NCBI GenBank assembly: GCA_016840095.1
Contig: JAEOSZ010000031.1
Location: forward strand, 128,001-192,000
Direction: 5' to 3'
DNA: 64,000 nt
Source of the DNA: Candidatus Heimdallarchaeota archaeon
GTDB taxonomy: Archaea; Asgardarchaeota; Heimdallarchaeia; Heimdallarchaeales; Heimdallarchaeaceae
Below, in pieces: positions 58,484 through 64,000 of the stretch. A program made the position numbers and the translations under genes. The number at the start of each line of letters is the position of its first letter. Position 1 is the stretch's first letter. The notes beneath the pieces are model-generated. The model was not told the DNA's origin. It ran no database searches and was given only the letters and a program-made list of their open reading frames with translations.

Positions 58484-60238
58484 ATGATAACATGTAATGA
58501 CGTAATAAAAATTTACTCGGATCCTGATACAGATTTGAAAGTAGCCGCATTAAGAGGATTAGATCTTAAGGTAAAAGAAGGAGAACTTGTTTCAATAATT
58601 GGTCCTTCTGGTGCTGGGAAAACAACTCTGATTAGAATTCTTTCAGGTATTGAGCAACCTACAAGTGGAGATATAATCATCAATGGAATGGACTTTAATA
58701 AATTAGATGAATTCGAGCGAAGGGATTACAGATTCAACCATCTAGGTATCATCAACCAATTCACAAGTGAAAATCTATTTACTCATCTAAGTGTAAGACA
58801 GAATCTTATGATTCCAAAAAGGTTGTTTTTCTTACCAAAAGAACAATCTAGAAAAGAAGTAGATGAACTCATAAAAATTCTCAATCTTAAACATGTTGAG
58901 TATAATACTGTGGATAAACTCTCAGGAGGAGAAGCAATGAGATTATCAATGGGCGTTGCTCTGGCAAAGAATCCAAGTGTTTTATTAGCTGATGAACCGA
59001 CAGGACAATTGGATTCAATGAACACTGAAGGATTGATAGCAACTATCAAACAAGTCAATCAAGAAATGGGTAAAACTATTCTTGTTGTGACTCATGATAT
59101 TAGATATAGAAATGTCTTTGAGAAAAGCTTTGTTATAAGAGATGGTAAACTAGCTGGAATTGGTAAAGATATGGGTAAAGATGAGTTAGAATTCCTTCTA
59201 CATGCTTCAGAGATGAATAAAGCTTACATGGATGCTTCAAATTATGTCCGTGTTCCAGATGAAGTAAAAGCTCTTACTGGTTTAGGAGATATAATCGAGT
59301 TTGATACCCATCCCTCTCGTAAAATTGGTTTATTCTGGAATCCAGAAAAAATAACAAGAGATAAAGTATATGAAATAGTTTCTAATCCTTTGGAAGATTT
59401 TGAAGAAAAAATAGATCAAATTTCTTATGAAGAGGTTGAAAAGCTTCTGAGTAGAGAATTTCTCCCACCAGAAAAAGCTAAACCTATAGTAAGAATAAAG
59501 AACCTATCGAAAGGATATCAATCTAGAGCCGGATATACTGAAGTAATCTCGAATCTTAATTTGAACATTGATAAAGGTGATTTTATTTTTATCTCTGGTC
59601 CTTCAGGCGTAGGAAAAACTACTTTACTTAATCTCATTGCAGGTTTAATCAAACCTAATAAAGGTTCAATTAAGGTTGATAATTTCTCCATAAGCGATTC
59701 AGGAGAAAAACAAGTTTCTTTGTTTAGATTGAATAATGTAGCATACATTACCCAACATAACAATTTATTTTCTCCTCTTCCAATAAAAGACAACTTCATT
59801 TTACCAAATTTGTTTTCAAAGCAGAAAAATGACAAAGATTATGGGTTATCAATTGCGAAAGAATGTTTTATTGATCACAAACTCAATTCATATCCAGGAG
59901 AGCTTTCTGAGGGAGAAAAACAAAGAGCAGCTTTGGCTACATCCTTGACAAGAAGAACTAGTGTTTTACTTGCAGATGAACCTACAGCAAATCTTGATAC
60001 AGAACTTGCTAGATCTATAATAGATTTACTTATGGATATAGTTAGAATAAACAAAGCTACAATTATTACTTGCTCCCACGATCTGACTCTACTTCGACCA
60101 GGTTTTCGTCATATTAGATTACTTGATGGTAATATCCAAGAAGATGCAAGAGTAACTAAAAAGGATCTAAAGAATATTGTAACTGAATACCTTCAAATCA
60201 AGCAGAACAAGGTTAAAAGGAGGTCTAAGAAGAAATAA
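58484..60238 (+). CDS. ABC ATP-binding protein with two fused LolD/MacB-type NBDs
   Basis: GPSGAGKTT/LSGGE/LADEPTGQLD and GPSGVGKTT/LSEGE/LADEPTANLD. Confidence 0.92.
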   Translation: MITCNDVIKIYSDPDTDLKVAALRGLDLKVKEGELVSIIGPSGAGKTTLIRILSGIEQPTSGDIIINGMDFNKLDEFERRDYRFNHLGIINQFTSENLFTHLSVRQNLMIPKRLFFLPKEQSRKEVDELIKILNLKHVEYNTVDKLSGGEAMRLSMGVALAKNPSVLLADEPTGQLDSMNTEGLIATIKQVNQEMGKTILVVTHDIRYRNVFEKSFVIRDGKLAGIGKDMGKDELEFLLHASEMNKAYMDASNYVRVPDEVKALTGLGDIIEFDTHPSRKIGLFWNPEKITRDKVYEIVSNPLEDFEEKIDQISYEEVEKLLSREFLPPEKAKPIVRIKNLSKGYQSRAGYTEVISNLNLNIDKGDFIFISGPSGVGKTTLLNLIAGLIKPNKGSIKVDNFSISDSGEKQVSLFRLNNVAYITQHNNLFSPLPIKDNFILPNLFSKQKNDKDYGLSIAKECFIDHKLNSYPGELSEGEKQRAALATSLTRRTSVLLADEPTANLDTELARSIIDLLMDIVRINKATIITCSHDLTLLRPGFRHIRLLDGNIQEDARVTKKDLKNIVTEYLQIKQNKVKRRSKKK

Positions 60239-60341
60239 AGATTCCTTAGTTGCGAATAGTTTCTAAACATTTTTATAGTTCTAAAGATATATGAAATGTT
60301 AGTTTAATCCTCTTCAAAGGGGATTAAGTGGGTGAAAAAAT

Positions 60342-61181
60342 TTGAAAAAATTTGGAATTTTTGCTGTCTTGCTATTACTAATAGCACCAATAGCTATTCA
60401 AACATCTGCTATAATACCACCACCAACTGATTTCTATTTCCATCCTGATCTAGTAACAGGAGCAGAATTAGAATGGCAGTTGAAGAAGAATGCTTTCAAC
60501 TTCGAAGGAGTTGAAGAAGTTGACTATGATATTGTAGCTGGAGTTGAATGGGGAGTAGGGTCAGTATTTAAGATTGTACTCACACAAGACCTTAATGACT
60601 TACCTCTTACTGATCCATCAGAACTATTTCTATATACAGGAGATTGGGCTGATTTCTACCTTGATGGAGTTTTGATAACTGAAAATTCAACAGATATAGA
60701 ATTCTTCGATTATTCAACAAGTCTTGTCTATGGTTTATTTGAAACAGGAGTATTTCCATTCATTATGCCATTAACTTACAACTATGGAACTGGAAATGAA
60801 AGTTTCTTCCAATTGTTCTACGATGAACTGAAAGTGAATGAGTTTACAGATACACCAGAGCCAGGAATAACCATATTTTACACAGTATCAATGGATGAGA
60901 AGCGATTGACTGTTAACACAGGAATGGATATGAGTATGTCTGAATATGGACTTACAGTTAAGGGAGAAGTTGATGCATCTATAGTTTATGATGTCCAAGA
61001 TGGTGTATTGGATGAAATAAAGATTTTTGTGAAAGCAAGTGCATTGGGTTTCACAATAAAATACAATTTCCTCTTAGTAAACATCACAAGTCCTGTGAAT
61101 CTAGACTTCGAGTGGATTTCTGGAGTAGTTGCATTTCTCAGTATAGGTGTTATGGTAGTATTTCTGAAAAGAAGGAGATAA
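60342..61181 (+). CDS. Secreted/surface protein with C-terminal TM anchor (choice-of-anchor S-like); paralog of 13362-14189
   Basis: GAELEW, FKIVL, WADFY, YDVQDGVL, FEWI-TM-KRRR; GGTGA RBS before TTG. Confidence 0.75.
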   Translation: MKKFGIFAVLLLLIAPIAIQTSAIIPPPTDFYFHPDLVTGAELEWQLKKNAFNFEGVEEVDYDIVAGVEWGVGSVFKIVLTQDLNDLPLTDPSELFLYTGDWADFYLDGVLITENSTDIEFFDYSTSLVYGLFETGVFPFIMPLTYNYGTGNESFFQLFYDELKVNEFTDTPEPGITIFYTVSMDEKRLTVNTGMDMSMSEYGLTVKGEVDASIVYDVQDGVLDEIKIFVKASALGFTIKYNFLLVNITSPVNLDFEWISGVVAFLSIGVMVVFLKRRR

Positions 61182-61205
61182 AGTCTCCTTTTAGTTTTTT
61201 CTTTT
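61182..61205 (+). terminator. Oligo-T terminator after the 60342 gene
   Basis: ctccttttagtttttt-ctttt after the stop codon. Confidence 0.4.
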
Positions 61206-61255
61206 AATAGCCTTTATGCGAACATTTTTTTGTTATTTTCTTCTAGTTGTGTATT

Positions 61256-64000
61256 ATGAATTCTAAAAAGAATCTATTTGTCTTTATGATGATAGTTATT
61301 TTTTTAGTTGTTCCAATAATACCACAGCAGCAAGTTTTTGCTTCATATACAATTAATGAAATAACAGACACAAAAGATAATGTTAGTAATCAAAATACAT
61401 TACCAAAACTTATTCCACCTCCTCCTAGCAATCCAAATTATACCTATGATTACTTCAACAGTGTAGGTGTTGAAATTGCAGAATCTATTTTCTTCACTAT
61501 TGGTGATCTATTTCCTTTCACTAGCATTCCAACAAATAGGATATTTGATTTAACAGCTGTTCAGTTTGCTCTAACTTGTATTGATTTGTACTATGTAACA
61601 GAAGATGTAAACTACCTTAATCAGGCATGGGCAGCAGCACTTCCAATGAATATGAATCTTGAAGTAAATGGAACAATGATTAAAGGAGAAGATTATGGTT
61701 CAGTTTATGATGTATATGCTGATGAGAACTTACAATTAGTTCTGATGTATGAACGTTTAGCTCAAGCTTTGGTAGTTGATGGTGACATTTTCAATGCTGT
61801 TTTTATGAACACCCTAGCAGATAATTTGTTATCAAATATTACAGCTTTGTTCTATGGTACTTCGAGTCAATCTATCAATGAGACTTTAACAGTCCTTTCT
61901 GCTGATAATTCGGTAATTAGTACAACACAGTATTCGTCTGCCAGAGTTACTGGTTTGTACTATATGGCAAATCATCTTGCTAATGATAGTTCGCGTTTCT
62001 ATACACAAGCAAAGAATGCTTTAAACTACTATAGAAACATAGCAAATACAACAGTCCTTTTACCTACACTGAATTTTGGATATCTATTCTATTCTACATT
62101 CAACTCTGGTTCTGCTTCAGATAGTGAAGCTGATTTACAAGGTAATATCTATATGAACACAGCTCTTATTCAAGAAAGTCAATATCAAAGAGAATTGAAT
62201 AATCCTTCAATCGCTTTGGATTTTTTCAATTGGACAACTATGGGTGAAGAAGCTATGAAAGAATACTTCAAAAGCCCAGATACTAGTCTATTTCATACAA
62301 AATACGATTTAGGTACACTTACCCTAGAGGATGTAGCTCTTACATATGAGAACTGTTTATACTTATCACATTTAATTGAATATAAGAGAAGTAGATTAAG
62401 CATTACAGGACTTACTCCTTCCTTTATGGAAGTAAATGACTTGTATAATGAAATGACCATAAGTGTGTTTCTAGCTCCTGACTTATTCTTAGCAGGAACA
62501 ACAAAAACAGGAGCAATTTTAGATTTAATTTATGAAATTCCACATAGTAATCCACACTTGGTAAATTATCAAGCAATTACAATGATGTCCAAATTCTATC
62601 CACTGGTATCAATGTTAGCTTATCCAAATCAAATATTGCTAAATACTGCAACTATTTTTGATTGGGCATTTGATTTTGCAGAAACAACCTCAATATTTGG
62701 AAGTAGCAATAAATCATTTGCATTAAATTATCAATTGCAGGTCACTTCTCAAACATTGTTCAGTATTCAACATCCAGCAAACTACAGAATAAATACAACT
62801 ATTCTGAACGGTGTAAGAATACAATCCGCACAAGTAGCTAAACTTAACATTACGGCAGATTCAGGAGGAAATCATGATATCCTATTTGAAATCTATCTAG
62901 CTGGGTACCTAGTATTTGATACTACTTTGAGCATTCATATTGATAAAACAATAGTACTTAATACAGAACCAACGAACTTAGAAGTTACTGAATTGTTAGA
63001 TAAAGATCTAGTTCTCACAATCTATCTTGAGGATGAAACAGGTTTAGGAATAGATAATGCAGAAGTTACAGTTTTTCCTGAACATGCACTTGACAAAACA
63101 GAAATCACAGATAGTTGGGGGTATGTTACATTCTATATACCTATTGATGAACTAATGCCTGATTCACTACCTACAGATGACGGTTCTACCTTTAATTCTT
63201 CTTTGATAATCGTAGCATCTAAGGAAGATCATGTTCCAACTTTCATCTATAAAGATGTAACAGTCAATTTAAACAATCTAATACTAGACCTGAATCCTTC
63301 TCCTCCAGAAGTGAAGGAAGCATCTGATCTTTCATTGTATTTAGATGTTACATCAAGAATCCCTGCATCTATCTTCAATCCTACAGCAAGAATAAATATA
63401 AATGGTATTCCCTATGAGGATAAATACCATAAGAACAGCTGGAATCTACCTACAACGGTAATTATTGGAAAAAGCTGGTTGAAAAATGGTACAACTGGAC
63501 AAGTAATAGTTGAAGTAGAAGTTACTGCTGACGGATTAACTGAACCTCAACTTTTTACATTTGAAGTTCTTGTTGAACCTTTAGGAACACTAGAAAGAAT
63601 ATACTTGTGGATTGAGATAGCTCTACAATCAGATATAGTTAAAATTCTGGGAGCTTTAGGTTTTATTTGGGCTGTTTTGTGGAGACAAATTAGTCTTTAT
63701 GCACTTAAAAGAACCAGAAGGTGTCCATATTGTGGAGACATATCTAAAAGGAAGTATCCATATTGTAAGAATTGTGGATTGAAAGATGAATCATTGGAAT
63801 ACAAGAAGACAGTTAAAAAGAAACACAAAGAACCAAGAATTATTCTTGCTGAAACTGAAACTATCGTTAATCCAATACAACCAACAGTTCAGCAACCAGT
63901 AGAACAACCTCCTGAACAACAATCTCCTCTACAACAACCTCCAACTGAAGATAGATTCGACAATACATTTGATAATTCTTATGATAAAAAAGATGATGAC
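61256..64000 (+). CDS. Large membrane protein, 3' end beyond the window: signal peptide, helical (six-hairpin glycosidase-like) region, beta-rich stalk, TM, zinc ribbon, P/Q-rich tail
   Basis: ATG 61256; I translated both ends and they are in frame with the window end. The ORF is absent from the track, consistent with no stop. MNSKKNLFVFMMIVIFLVVP; LYYVTEDVNYLNQA; ILGALGFIWAVLW; CPYCG...CKNCG at 63722-63778; QPTVQQPVEQPPEQQ. Confidence 0.8.
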   Translation, partial: MNSKKNLFVFMMIVIFLVVPIIPQQQVFASYTINEITDTKDNVSNQNTLPKLIPPPPSNPNYTYDYFNSVGVEIAESIFFTIGDLFPFTSIPTNRIFDLTAVQFALTCIDLYYVTEDVNYLNQAWAAALPMNMNLEVNGTMIKGEDYGSVYDVYADENLQLVLMYERLAQALVVDGDIFNAVFMNTLADNLLSNITALFYGTSSQSINETLTVLSADNSVISTTQYSSARVTGLYYMANHLANDSSRFYTQAKNALNYYRNIANTTVLLPTLNFGYLFYSTFNSGSASDSEADLQGNIYMNTALIQESQYQRELNNPSIALDFFNWTTMGEEAMKEYFKSPDTSLFHTKYDLGTLTLEDVALTYENCLYLSHLIEYKRSRLSITGLTPSFMEVNDLYNEMTISVFLAPDLFLAGTTKTGAILDLIYEIPHSNPHLVNYQAITMMSKFYPLVSMLAYPNQILLNTATIFDWAFDFAETTSIFGSSNKSFALNYQLQVTSQTLFSIQHPANYRINTTILNGVRIQSAQVAKLNITADSGGNHDILFEIYLAGYLVFDTTLSIHIDKTIVLNTEPTNLEVTELLDKDLVLTIYLEDETGLGIDNAEVTVFPEHALDKTEITDSWGYVTFYIPIDELMPDSLPTDDGSTFNSSLIIVASKEDHVPTFIYKDVTVNLNNLILDLNPSPPEVKEASDLSLYLDVTSRIPASIFNPTARININGIPYEDKYHKNSWNLPTTVIIGKSWLKNGTTGQVIVEVEVTADGLTEPQLFTFEVLVEPLGTLERIYLWIEIALQSDIVKILGALGFIWAVLWRQISLYALKRTRRCPYCGDISKRKYPYCKNCGLKDESLEYKKTVKKKHKEPRIILAETETIVNPIQPTVQQPVEQPPEQQSPLQQPPTEDRFDNTFDNSYDKKDDD

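Noticed and set aside
512-59835. Numerous short (60-210 aa) ORFs nested in or antisense to long genes (e.g. 512-877, 3118-3408, 44045-44674, 49679-50113, 58783-59058)
   Set aside because: They overlap well-supported CDSs and lack motifs; expected shadow ORFs
1-64000. tRNA/rRNA genes, transposases, integrases, provirus
   Set aside because: No GC-rich cloverleaf or rRNA-like stretch and no such protein motifs seen by eye; tRNAscan-SE, cmscan and HMM searches would confirm

Overview
AT-rich (roughly 30-33% GC by eye), gene-dense archaeal chromosome segment. It is most likely from an Asgard archaeon (Heimdallarchaeia-like). This is inferred from gene content: three longin/roadblock-like domains (one fused to a TPR array, one to a large single-pass membrane protein), four GxGT..PY.IE parallel beta-helix surface proteins, two HVVW-repeat propeller proteins, zinc-ribbon membrane proteins, archaeal TATA/BRE promoters and GAGGTGA-like ribosome-binding sites. 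There are about 45 CDSs. Housekeeping and metabolic genes: Dus, P5C dehydrogenase, tungsten AOR, SDRs, M24 and M23 peptidases, APH-like kinases. Transport: two ABC loci, one containing a split PadR regulator with a palindromic candidate operator. There are many cell-surface proteins, and one long ORF (61256 to the window end) is missing from the supplied track. I found no rRNA, tRNA, CRISPR array, transposase or integrase. The most notable unexplained DNA signals are: (i) a 48/50-bp direct repeat copying the 3' end of a gene and bracketing a single surface-protein gene (attL/attR-like, 29554-31284); (ii) a ~55-bp dispersed intergenic repeat family at 12.6-14.3 kb; (iii) a TPR-longin gene whose N-terminal 44 codons lack a canonical start; (iv) a glyoxalase/VOC gene remnant. 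On the protein side, several receptor-like architectures join an extracellular domain through a TM helix to a cytosolic longin, novel-repeat or zinc-ribbon module.
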